A DNA stretch of 28,839 bases from Candidatus Kaiserbacteria bacterium (GTDB lineage: Bacteria > Patescibacteriota > Minisyncoccia > Phycocordibacterales > Phycocordibacteraceae). Of the stretch, positions 8,832 through 16,500 are shown piece after piece. Each line of letters opens with the position of its first letter. The stretch's first letter is position 1. The notes under the pieces were generated by a model. It was not told the origin of the DNA. It saw only the letters and a program-made list of their open reading frames with translations, and did not search any database. The position numbers and the translations under genes are program-made. The stretch spans positions 1-28,839 of the forward strand of contig QIHK01000066.1 in the NCBI GenBank assembly GCA_003230945.1. The letters are read 5' to 3'.

Positions 8832-9641
8832 ATGGAAATACCATTTATAAATACTTTTTTATTATTACCTCCACTACAAATGGAGTCAATCATATTTTTA
8901 TATATTCCAATTGGAATTTTACTTCTTGTAAGTTTCTCTGCTATAAAACTCCTCATTATTTTATTCGCCAATAGATCGTTAACTGTTTATAAAACAAAAC
9001 CTTTACAGCTGAATATACAAGGGAGAAGTATCGCAATTTTTGGTGATAGCACTGCTGTTGGCACTGGTTCAAAAAATGTAGAAGAAACACTTGCTGGCAG
9101 ATTAGCTAAAGATTTTCCGCATACGAATATTATCAACCTTGCAGAAAATGGCTCAAAAACAATAGGTGTTTCGCAACAGATTCAAAGTCTTCATAATAAG
9201 AAAGTAGATATGGCCATTATCAGTACGGGAGGGAATGACATTTGGGCATACACCTCTTCTCGTAAACTTGTCGAAGATTTACGTTCCATTTTAGAGCAAG
9301 CAAAGGAGATTAGTGATCACCATGTTATTTTATTGTTTTTTGGGAATGAGGGTACCGCACCATTTTTTCCATGGCCGATTAGATCATGGCTCAATCATCG
9401 AACTGAATTGGTAAAGAATATATTCCTTTTTGTAGCCAATGAACAAAAAGTGCCAATTATTGATTTATTTTCGAATCCTCGTGAGAATCCATTTGTGATA
9501 GATCCAAAACGTTATTTTGCCGAAGATCGACTACATCCAAGTGGTGCTGGTTATGGAGAGTGGTACAAGCGTATGTGGCGCATTATGGTAGAGAGGGGAT
9601 ATTTGTACCACGATACAGATAGTGAGGGTTTTATTAAATGA
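8832..9641 (+). CDS. Membrane-anchored SGNH/GDSL hydrolase
   Basis: Block I GDSTAVG, block III GGND and block V DRLHP, with an N-terminal TM. Start 8832 chosen because TGtTATATT (8816-8824) lies 7 nt upstream. Alternative starts are 8802 and 8880. Confidence 0.88.
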   Translation: MEIPFINTFLLLPPLQMESIIFLYIPIGILLLVSFSAIKLLIILFANRSLTVYKTKPLQLNIQGRSIAIFGDSTAVGTGSKNVEETLAGRLAKDFPHTNIINLAENGSKTIGVSQQIQSLHNKKVDMAIISTGGNDIWAYTSSRKLVEDLRSILEQAKEISDHHVILLFFGNEGTAPFFPWPIRSWLNHRTELVKNIFLFVANEQKVPIIDLFSNPRENPFVIDPKRYFAEDRLHPSGAGYGEWYKRMWRIMVERGYLYHDTDSEGFIK

Positions 9642-9654
9642 TAGTATGTAGTGT

Positions 9655-10488
9655 ATGACACACAATGAACTGAAAGAATATAATGAATTTTATACGCGTA
9701 ATTCTGGGTATGTATCAGCCGAATTACAGGAAAAGATACGTACGACAAAAGTATTGATTGCTGGCTGTGGAGTGGGGAGTCCCATAGCAGAGGCTTTAGT
9801 GCGGCTCGGATTTGTTAATTTTCTTCTAGCGGATCTTGATGTTGTAGAAAAATCTAATCTAAATAGACAGGCATATATATATGCTGATATTGGCACCTCA
9901 AAAGTTGATGCTCTCGAAAAACGCTTAAAAGCGATTAATCCAGACGCCTCTGTTATAAAATATCCACACGGTATAACAAAAGAAAATGTAAAAGAGGTAG
10001 TACAACAGAGCGATTTTATTTTTGATACAATCGATTTTCTTGTTTTGTCTACTATTGTGGCTTTGCATGACGAAGCACACGCACAGAAAAAACCACTTAT
10101 AAGTGGCACCACAGCAGGATGGGGATCTGCAGCACTTTACTTTCCTCCTTCTGATGCCCCTTATTGTGATTTTCGAAAACTTTTTTCTCTTCCTCTTACC
10201 GGAGAAGTTGATACTGAATCTTATGTTGGTCACTATTCTCACTTAATTGAAAGCCTCGAAGGTGAGCTCGATCCTGTCGTTGTTAAAGTGATGGCAAAGG
10301 CTTTAACCATTATGGAAGACGGGAAACCCTGTCCTGCTTCACAGGTATCGGTGGGATCAGCTTCGTTGGCAGCACTCGCAACAACAATTACGATAAAAGT
10401 TCTTAACGAAGAACAGGTGACTTCTTCGCCACATCTTCTCATTGTAAATCTTTTGAAGACGGTAACAGATAAAGGAGTAGCACTCTAG
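9655..10488 (+). CDS. ThiF/MoeB/HesA (E1-like) adenylyltransferase family protein
   Basis: VLIAGCGVGS nucleotide-binding loop, DLDVVEKSNLNRQ, KVDAL..RLKAINP and FDTIDF. No CxxC zinc pairs. Confidence 0.9.
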   Translation: MTHNELKEYNEFYTRNSGYVSAELQEKIRTTKVLIAGCGVGSPIAEALVRLGFVNFLLADLDVVEKSNLNRQAYIYADIGTSKVDALEKRLKAINPDASVIKYPHGITKENVKEVVQQSDFIFDTIDFLVLSTIVALHDEAHAQKKPLISGTTAGWGSAALYFPPSDAPYCDFRKLFSLPLTGEVDTESYVGHYSHLIESLEGELDPVVVKVMAKALTIMEDGKPCPASQVSVGSASLAALATTITIKVLNEEQVTSSPHLLIVNLLKTVTDKGVAL

Positions 10489-10491
10489 AAA

Positions 10492-10528
10492 CAATTAGAG
10501 ACTGCCAAGAATTGGCAGTCTCTAATTG
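10492..10528. terminator. 17-bp perfect inverted repeat between convergent genes
   Basis: caattagagactgccaa (10492-10508) / GAA loop / ttggcagtctctaattg (10512-10528). There is no clear U-tract. Confidence 0.6.
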
Positions 10529-10547
10529 GCAGTTCTAAAAACAGTAG

Positions 10548-10664
10548 TTATCGTGCTCGTCGAGTACGAGTTGTGCGAGTTGCGCGAGTTCGCGCAGTTG
10601 TTTTTGTTGCAGTTCTTCTTCTATCTGTTGCCCGGCTCGTTGTGCGACGTCTTTCTGTTGCCAT
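10548..10664 (-). CDS. 38-aa Arg/Thr-rich basic peptide (protamine/histone-like)
   Basis: MATERRRTTSRATDRRRTATKTTARTRATRTTRTRRAR*. Start context cactATG matches rpsG and others. Lies 46 nt downstream of the co-oriented NIF3-like gene. Confidence 0.65.
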   Translation of the reverse strand: MATERRRTTSRATDRRRTATKTTARTRATRTTRTRRAR

Positions 10665-10710
10665 AGTGTCGTGAATATTTAATGTGGATAATTCGTAGAG
10701 GGCATGCACG

Positions 10711-11655
10711 CTAATGCGTCTTTCTCTGAACTCGAACAAAACCAGAAACCGGCACAATTTCGACTCCCTCTCTCTCAAACGTATCACATAGAAGGTTCAA
10801 TCCTATAGAGTCTGAGGACATGTGTCCTGTGGATATCACTTGGAGACCAATATCGCGACATCGATCTATAGCCTTCTCAGTAAGATGCATACAAATAACC
10901 GTGTCGATACCTTGTTTTTTCATTTCTGGATATACTTCCACTGGCCCCTCAATTCCACCAACAAAGTCTGTAAAGGTATATTTACCGAGTGGCGCGTCCG
11001 GCTCACCGGAAATAATAGTCGGAGAAATAATATTTATACCCTCATAATGAGCGTACTCTTCTATCTCAAGCATTGTGTCTATGGTGTTTTGTAGAGTTTC
11101 TGGTTGTTTTTTCTGTACATACTCATAGACGAAACGTGCACCAATATTGTCCGCAGGACTATGAATAGAAATATAATTTGTATCAAGATAATGAATCGAA
11201 TCATGAATCTGAGTGATATTACTTGAAAGAATATCGAGCTTGAGATCTTCAATGAGGTTATCGAATTTATCTTCGAGATGTCGTACATCCACCCCAAAAG
11301 CTAGAAGATTCTCAATATGAGAGTGTAGGGTGAGGTGCATTAGTCCATTTAATCTCCCTTCAGGATGATGCCCTATAAAGAGGTCTATCTCTTTCCCTTC
11401 TTTTTGTGACCATTGCAACATTGCGAGAATTTCTGCCGTTCCAATGTCTATCCCAACAACAGCGCGACGAACTTGCTTTGTGAGTGTAGACGAAAGAGCC
11501 ACAATACCGGTATCTGGGTACCTATTTTCAAAAGAACGTCCATCACCACTATCTATAATTTCTTTCCATATAGAATTTCGTGTTTTCTGCTCTCCGCGAA
11601 AATCATTTTTAATCCCTTCTCTTACGGATTCTTTCAAAATGTCGTAAATTGTCAT
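10711..11655 (-). CDS. NIF3 (NGG1p-interacting factor 3)-like metal-binding protein
   Basis: VVGIDIG, IDLFIGHHPEG, HSPADN, VICMH, GHMSSDSIGLNL and terminal SGFVRV motifs. Confidence 0.8.
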   Translation of the reverse strand: MTIYDILKESVREGIKNDFRGEQKTRNSIWKEIIDSGDGRSFENRYPDTGIVALSSTLTKQVRRAVVGIDIGTAEILAMLQWSQKEGKEIDLFIGHHPEGRLNGLMHLTLHSHIENLLAFGVDVRHLEDKFDNLIEDLKLDILSSNITQIHDSIHYLDTNYISIHSPADNIGARFVYEYVQKKQPETLQNTIDTMLEIEEYAHYEGINIISPTIISGEPDAPLGKYTFTDFVGGIEGPVEVYPEMKKQGIDTVICMHLTEKAIDRCRDIGLQVISTGHMSSDSIGLNLLCDTFEREGVEIVPVSGFVRVQRKTH

Positions 11656-11727
11656 AATACTAATTATAGTATGCTATAGAGAGGTGGTATTATCAAATTA
11701 ATAACTAATAAAAACGGTACACAAGGT

Positions 11728-12765
11728 ATGAATCCAAGTAAAAAAATAGATTTGATACAAGAAATAGCATCTTCATTACTGAAACGTGTTGTGATCCAAG
11801 CACCACTTATTCACTCAAACGAAATCAGTAAAGATTTGGATGCTCTTGAGAAAGAGATCCAATTTTTTATTGAAAATAAAGAGTCACTTCGTGACATTGT
11901 CCCTCTTTTCCTTTTGAGACGATGGACTGTTGCCAGTTTTCGGATGGCCTTAAAAAAAATTAAGTCAGCGAGAAAATATTCTATTCGGTATGATGACCGA
12001 TTCGCTAAACAATCACAATTCGCGGCTTTATGGGCATATCAGGCTTGCGGACTTACTCATACCATTAATTTTGTAAGGAAAATATCAAGTAATCTCGGTC
12101 ATTTCACACTGAATTCTCCTCATATTGAGAAGGGGGATGTTGTTCTTTCCTATAAATCAAGTGAATATTTAAAACACAATATTCTCTCGAAGATAATTTC
12201 TCTCTCAACCGGTAGCCATATTACTCATGCATTAATGGGTTTTAATAATGATGGGTCTCAAACCCTCGCATCTGCCAGTGCAGGGGAAAGTCTCGGTCTC
12301 GGTACTAGAAATGTTTCTCCCGAAAAAGGAGAACTGTTCATTATAATGAGATACATACCCTCAATAAATGGCGTTCCAAAGGAAAATGTTGTTGAGAGTA
12401 TGGAGTCGTTATACAACATAGAGTCGCCAAAAGCTTCATTTGCCGAATTTAAATCATGGATAGCTTTGGTCCTTGGTTCTATATATGTCATTACCGCAAT
12501 CTTATTTGAAAGATCTGTTTGTTTACCAAATCCCATAAAAGGGGAATCTTCTCTTTTCTGCAGTGAATTTGTTGATGATGTCTTTCGTAGAGCGGGTATG
12601 TACGTTTCTCCTCGGAGTGAATATACGGCAGTGGTTAGCCCTGTCGAATTATTCTATTCACCTCTCCTAGAATTTAAGGGGATTATATTTAATCCGGAAG
12701 ATAGAGAGACGTTCATAAAAGAATTTTCGAAAACATTTGACATGCCATTGAAATGTTTTGTTTAG
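11728..12765 (+). CDS. Permuted papain-like (YiiX/YebB, NlpC/P60-permuted, C92-like) enzyme with an extra N-terminal domain
   Basis: GDVVL..IISLSTGSHITHAL (His) precedes LFCSEFV...FRRAG (Cys) and SPVEL, i.e. the His-before-Cys permuted order. Confidence 0.75.
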   Translation: MNPSKKIDLIQEIASSLLKRVVIQAPLIHSNEISKDLDALEKEIQFFIENKESLRDIVPLFLLRRWTVASFRMALKKIKSARKYSIRYDDRFAKQSQFAALWAYQACGLTHTINFVRKISSNLGHFTLNSPHIEKGDVVLSYKSSEYLKHNILSKIISLSTGSHITHALMGFNNDGSQTLASASAGESLGLGTRNVSPEKGELFIIMRYIPSINGVPKENVVESMESLYNIESPKASFAEFKSWIALVLGSIYVITAILFERSVCLPNPIKGESSLFCSEFVDDVFRRAGMYVSPRSEYTAVVSPVELFYSPLLEFKGIIFNPEDRETFIKEFSKTFDMPLKCFV

Positions 12766-12867
12766 AGAATTCTTTACTGACCTCATTTAGACCACAAGAA
12801 TAAATTTCGTATAAACTACAATTTGTAGCATCTTATACACGTATATATTTGCATTTCAGCGCACTGT

Positions 12868-12957
12868 TGCGTATAGTTGCTGCTAACGCATCTTGGCGTC
12901 GCTCTTTGGCTTGTCTGCTTTTTCGAGTTGGCGAGCCGGTGGGTTTTTCCGACTCGA
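12868..12957 (+). promoter_or_regulatory. Structured GC-rich 5' leader of tuf-rpsJ
   Basis: Stem tcgagttgg (12923-12931) / ccgactcga (12949-12957) with an inner gagcc/ggttt helix. A smaller tgcgt..acgca stem lies at 12868-12890. Confidence 0.45.
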
Positions 12958-13002
12958 TCGGAACTGTTTGTTACTTTATTAAGTTATATTACCAACATCG
13001 TT

Positions 13003-14202
13003 ATGGCAGAATTTACACGCAACAAGCCACACATGAACGTGGGCACTATTGGCCACGTTGACCACGGCAAGACGACGCTCACCGCGTCGATTCTGAACGT
13101 ACTCTCAATGCTCAAGGGAGAGAATTACGAAGCGCGCGTTGAGCCAATTGATAAGATTGACAGCGCACCAGAAGAAAAGTCGCGCGGTATCACTATTGCA
13201 CTTCATCACTCGGAGTACGAGACACCGAATCGTCACTACGCGCACATCGATGCGCCAGGTCACGCCGACTATATTAAGAATATGATTACCGGTGCCGCCC
13301 AGATGGATGGTGCGGTACTTGTAGTTGCCGCGACTGATGGTGTTATGCCTCAGACACGCGAACACATCCTCCTCGCTAAGCAGGTGGGTCTCAAAAAACT
13401 CATTGTTTTCGTCAATAAAGTAGATATGGTGGAAGAGAAAGACCTTATTGAACTCGTTGAAGAAGAAATCCGTGAGCTTCTCACAAAGCAAGGATTTGAT
13501 GGTGAAAATACACCGATTATTCAAGGATCAGCACTTAAAGCGCTTGAGGCAAAAGATGTCTCAGACGAATATGCCCAGAAGGTTAAGGAACTCGTTGATA
13601 CGATGGATACCTACTTCGATCTTCCAGAGCGTGAGACGGACAAACCGTTTCTTATGCCGATTGAAGACATCTTCTCAATTGAAGGTCGCGGTACGGTAGT
13701 TACCGGTCGCATTGAACGTGGCGTTGTGAAGGTAGGCGAAGAAGTCGAAATTGTTGGACTCAAAGATACCGCTAAAACAACGGTTACTGGTATTGAGATG
13801 TTCAATAAACAGCTTCAGGAGGGTACAGCAGGCGATAATGCTGGTGTTCTTCTTCGTGGTACGAAGAAAGAAGACGTACATCGCGGTCAAGTACTTGCAA
13901 AAACAGGATCTATCACTCCGCATACTGATTTTGAGTCTGAAGTCTATATCCTTAATAAGGATGAAGGAGGTCGTCACACACCATTCTTCTCTGGCTATAA
14001 GCCACAGTTTTATATCGGTACTACTGATGTAACAGGAGAAGTAACTCTTCCGGAAGGAAAAGAGATGGTCATGCCGGGAGATACGGTCACTTTCAAAGTG
14101 AAACTTGTCTCTCCAATTGCACTTGAAGAACAGCGTCGTTTTGCTATCCGTGAAGGAGGTAAAACGGTGGGTGCTGGGGTTGTAACGAAGATAACAACAT
14201 AA
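13003..14202 (+). CDS. tuf: Elongation factor Tu
   Basis: [42 protein letters not shown] and [14 protein letters not shown]. The true ATG is at 13003, not 12877. Confidence 0.99.
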   Translation: MAEFTRNKPHMNVGTIGHVDHGKTTLTASILNVLSMLKGENYEARVEPIDKIDSAPEEKSRGITIALHHSEYETPNRHYAHIDAPGHADYIKNMITGAAQMDGAVLVVAATDGVMPQTREHILLAKQVGLKKLIVFVNKVDMVEEKDLIELVEEEIRELLTKQGFDGENTPIIQGSALKALEAKDVSDEYAQKVKELVDTMDTYFDLPERETDKPFLMPIEDIFSIEGRGTVVTGRIERGVVKVGEEVEIVGLKDTAKTTVTGIEMFNKQLQEGTAGDNAGVLLRGTKKEDVHRGQVLAKTGSITPHTDFESEVYILNKDEGGRHTPFFSGYKPQFYIGTTDVTGEVTLPEGKEMVMPGDTVTFKVKLVSPIALEEQRRFAIREGGKTVGAGVVTKITT

Positions 14203-14218
14203 CACTCATCCTACTCGT

Positions 14219-14584
14219 ATGACGGAAACGAAAACAAAGCGAGCTCCGAAGAAGAAAAAGACAGAAGCCGCGCCCGTGGAGCACAAGCTACGCATTCGCA
14301 TTCGCGCGTACGAGCATAAAATTCTTGATCTTTCGGTGAAGCAAATTATGGACACTGCCGCACGTTTTGAGGCGACGGTTGTTGGTCCAGTACCGCTTCC
14401 AACTGAGATTAAGCGCTGGACAGTGAATCGATCGACTTTCGTTCATAAAGACGCACGCGAACAATTTGAGATGCGTATTCATAAGCGTCTCGTTGACATT
14501 ATGAACCCTGAGCCAAAAGTTATTGAGGCTCTCACGAATCTTAATCTTCCTTCGGGTGTCACTATCGACGTCAAGATGGTCTAG
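14219..14584 (+). CDS. rpsJ: 30S ribosomal protein S10 (Lys-rich N-terminal extension)
   Basis: LRIRIRAYEH, GPVPLPT and REQFEMRIHKRL motifs. Confidence 0.99.
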   Translation: MTETKTKRAPKKKKTEAAPVEHKLRIRIRAYEHKILDLSVKQIMDTAARFEATVVGPVPLPTEIKRWTVNRSTFVHKDAREQFEMRIHKRLVDIMNPEPKVIEALTNLNLPSGVTIDVKMV

Positions 14585-14600
14585 GAACTCTCGAATAGAT

Positions 14601-14636
14601 AAACAAAAACCGCTCTTAATAGAGCGGTTTTTGTTT
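14601..14636. terminator. Bidirectional intrinsic terminator after rpsJ
   Basis: aaacaaaaaccgctct / taat / agagcggtttttgttt, a 16-bp perfect stem with A/U tracts on both sides. Confidence 0.85.
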
Positions 14637-14641
14637 TCCAC

Positions 14642-14670
14642 TTGTGTAGCTTTGAACGAGCGGTTAGAAT
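14642..14670 (+). promoter_or_regulatory. Putative sigma70 promoter reading into the rpsJ-rplC interval
   Basis: TTGTGT (14642-14647) - 17 nt - TAGAAT (14665-14670). Confidence 0.5.
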
Positions 14671-14676
14671 AAGAAA

Positions 14677-14850
14677 TGAGGGCATACGATTTGGATACCG
14701 AAGAGGAGGGATGATTCCCAAGGCCTACGCCCCACGCCTACTGCAGATATTCTCGGATAGCCCAAATATAGAGAACAAAAAAACGCGGCGCGGGGCCGCG
14801 ATTTATAGTTTTCGAGCCTCGGAACAACTACGGTTGTACCGGGGTTTTTC
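14677..14850 (+). ncRNA. Candidate ~175-nt structured RNA of unknown family
   Basis: Bounded by the promoter above and a C(UACG)G hairpin (14817-14844) + UUUUU. Internal helices atttgg/ccaaat, ccga/tcgg, ggga-tgat-tccc and cgcggc/gccgcg. Confidence 0.4.
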
Positions 14851-14989
14851 ATATAAAACATAAGAATTATACTAAAGATTTTTGAAACTAGATTTGCCTT
14901 TCATAGAAAATATAAATGAGTTTCTATCCCCAATATCCTAAGATGTCATCTTAAGCACCCTATCTTAGGGGATGGGGAGGGTGTTATTG

Positions 14990-15018
14990 TTGCGTCTTCC
15001 TGTTTCCTAGTGTAGTGT
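14990..15018 (+). promoter_or_regulatory. Putative promoter for rplC-rplD-rplW-rplB
   Basis: TTGCGT (14990-14995) - 17 nt - TAGTGT (15013-15018). Confidence 0.55.
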
Positions 15019-15056
15019 GCATGAGACGCTATGTACGGCATTTAGCCGGACCAATG

Positions 15057-15094
15057 GCAAATCGCGCCACGCGATTTGTTGTGGCGCGATTTGC
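15057..15094 (+). promoter_or_regulatory. rplC leader hairpin (14-bp perfect stem, alternative pairing possible)
   Basis: gcaaatcgcgccac / gtggcgcgatttgc. The loop contains a second gcgatttg copy, and the stem ends 10 nt before the ATG. Confidence 0.6.
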
Positions 15095-15104
15095 TTTAAC
15101 TTAC

Positions 15105-15767
15105 ATGAAATTTATTCTTGCAAAGAAAGAAGGTATGACCCGAATTTTCGGTGAAGATGGTCATGCTCGTGCTGCAACTCTTCTTAAGACAGATGGAGTG
15201 ACCGTTACACAAGTAAAAGAAAAGAGCGGTGAGGACGGATATAATGCCGTTCAGGTTGGTTTTGGTACAAGAAAGACGAAGAATATTTCTAAGGCGGTAC
15301 TTGGTCACACAAAAGACAAAGGATATGCTGTCATTCGCGAGTTTCGTTTGCCAAATGAAGCAGAAGATACTCAAAATGGCATTACTGAAGTAGGAAGTGT
15401 TCTTGATGCTTCGATATTTGAAGTGGGTGATACCGTTACTGTTGCCGGAGTTACTAAAGGAAAAGGCTTCGCCGGAGTAGTAAAACGTCATGGATTTCAT
15501 GGCGGTCCACGTTCACATGGTCAAAAACATTCAGAACGTGAAGCAGGTTCTATCGGTGGTTCGGGAGGCCGTGCAGGAGGTCGTGTTGCTAAAGGCATGC
15601 GTATGGCGGGTCGAATGGGCGGTGACCGTGTTACGGTAAAAAATCTCACTATACTCGCTATTGATGTGAAAACTGGTGAAATTCTTGTGTCTGGTGCAGT
15701 CCCAGGGAATCGTGGCGCTGTTCTTGAAATCGTTGGGACATCGGTATCTTCGAATCAAGGCACATAA
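15105..15767 (+). CDS. rplC: 50S ribosomal protein L3
   Basis: MKFILAKKEGMTRIF, DGYNAVQVGF, TKGKGFAGVVKRHGF and MAGRMG. The start is at 15105. Confidence 0.98.
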   Translation: MKFILAKKEGMTRIFGEDGHARAATLLKTDGVTVTQVKEKSGEDGYNAVQVGFGTRKTKNISKAVLGHTKDKGYAVIREFRLPNEAEDTQNGITEVGSVLDASIFEVGDTVTVAGVTKGKGFAGVVKRHGFHGGPRSHGQKHSEREAGSIGGSGGRAGGRVAKGMRMAGRMGGDRVTVKNLTILAIDVKTGEILVSGAVPGNRGAVLEIVGTSVSSNQGT

Positions 15768-15778
15768 ATATATATACT

Positions 15779-16498
15779 ATGACTACCGAAAAAATTACTA
15801 CTCCAATAAAGAAAAAAGTTGCACCGAAAGCACTCGAAGCAGTGGTGTATTCAGCTACGGGAAAAGAAGTTTCAAAAATTGTTCTTCCTGAAGAAATTTT
15901 TAATGCACCATGGCGCAGTGATCTTGTTCACCAGGTGGTGACTGGTATGCAAGCAAATCTCCGTCAGAATCGTGCTCATACAAAGGATCGTTCTGAAGTT
16001 TCAGGTGGTGGTAGGAAGCCATGGAAACAGAAAGGTACCGGTCAAGCACGACATGGCTCAAAACGCTCACCAATTTGGCGTCACGGCGGTGTAACGTTTG
16101 GTCCGCGTAATGAGCGTGATTTCAGTGAGAAGATTAATCGCAAAATGCGTATTCAAGCACTCGCTTCGGTACTTTCAAGAAAAATAAAGGATGGTGAAAT
16201 TATTTTTGTTGATTCTTTAGACTTTTCTGTACCGAAAACAGCAGATGCGAAGAATTTTATTCTTTCTCTCGCAAAAGGCGCCTCTGTCAGTACGCTCGCG
16301 ACTAAAAGAAAGAATGCAGCACTCATTGCTCTTTCAAGTCATAATTCTCATGTCATAAAGAGTTTTGGCAACATTGGTAGTTTTTCTACTGAAGAAGTTC
16401 GCAATTTAAATCCGCTTAATATTCTTACTCATAAGTATCTCGTTATCGAGGATCCTGAAAATTCTCTTAAGCATCTCGTTAATCGTATGAGCAAATAA
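15779..16498 (+). CDS. rplD: 50S ribosomal protein L4
   Basis: HTKDRSEVSGGGRKPWKQKGTG and SPIWRHGGVTFGP motifs. Confidence 0.98.
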   Translation: MTTEKITTPIKKKVAPKALEAVVYSATGKEVSKIVLPEEIFNAPWRSDLVHQVVTGMQANLRQNRAHTKDRSEVSGGGRKPWKQKGTGQARHGSKRSPIWRHGGVTFGPRNERDFSEKINRKMRIQALASVLSRKIKDGEIIFVDSLDFSVPKTADAKNFILSLAKGASVSTLATKRKNAALIALSSHNSHVIKSFGNIGSFSTEEVRNLNPLNILTHKYLVIEDPENSLKHLVNRMSK

Positions 16499-16500
16499 AT

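Noticed and set aside
10665-10787. 79-aa version of the Arg/Thr ORF
   Set aside because: It overlaps the NIF3-like 3' end and has a different composition. The ATG at 10664 has the genome-typical context.
12877-13002. 42-aa N-terminal extension of EF-Tu suggested by the ORF track
   Set aside because: Homology starts at MAEF (13003), which has the usual ttATG context. The upstream part is a structured leader.
12849-13002. tRNA gene(s) upstream of tuf as in tufB operons
   Set aside because: No TTCGA T-loop, cloverleaf or CCA end could be built.
8313-13002. Complete bacterial ubiquitin-like or RiPP operon
   Set aside because: No E2, JAB, Gly-Gly ubiquitin-like protein or exporter is visible, and the genes lie in mixed orientations. 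Kept only as a hypothesis in the findings.
14814-14844. Resemblance to group II intron domain V (GAGCC...UACGGUU) or RNase P conserved regions
   Set aside because: The domain V spacing and AGC/CGC triad helix cannot be built, and the RNase P GAGGAAAGUCC signature is absent.
14642-14863. Small ORFs 14642..14863 (+) and 14664..14861 (-) as proteins or a type I toxin
   Set aside because: Neither has a recognisable motif or TM helix, and each runs through a same-strand terminator. The GAGGAGG before ATG 14711 is only 1 nt from the start.
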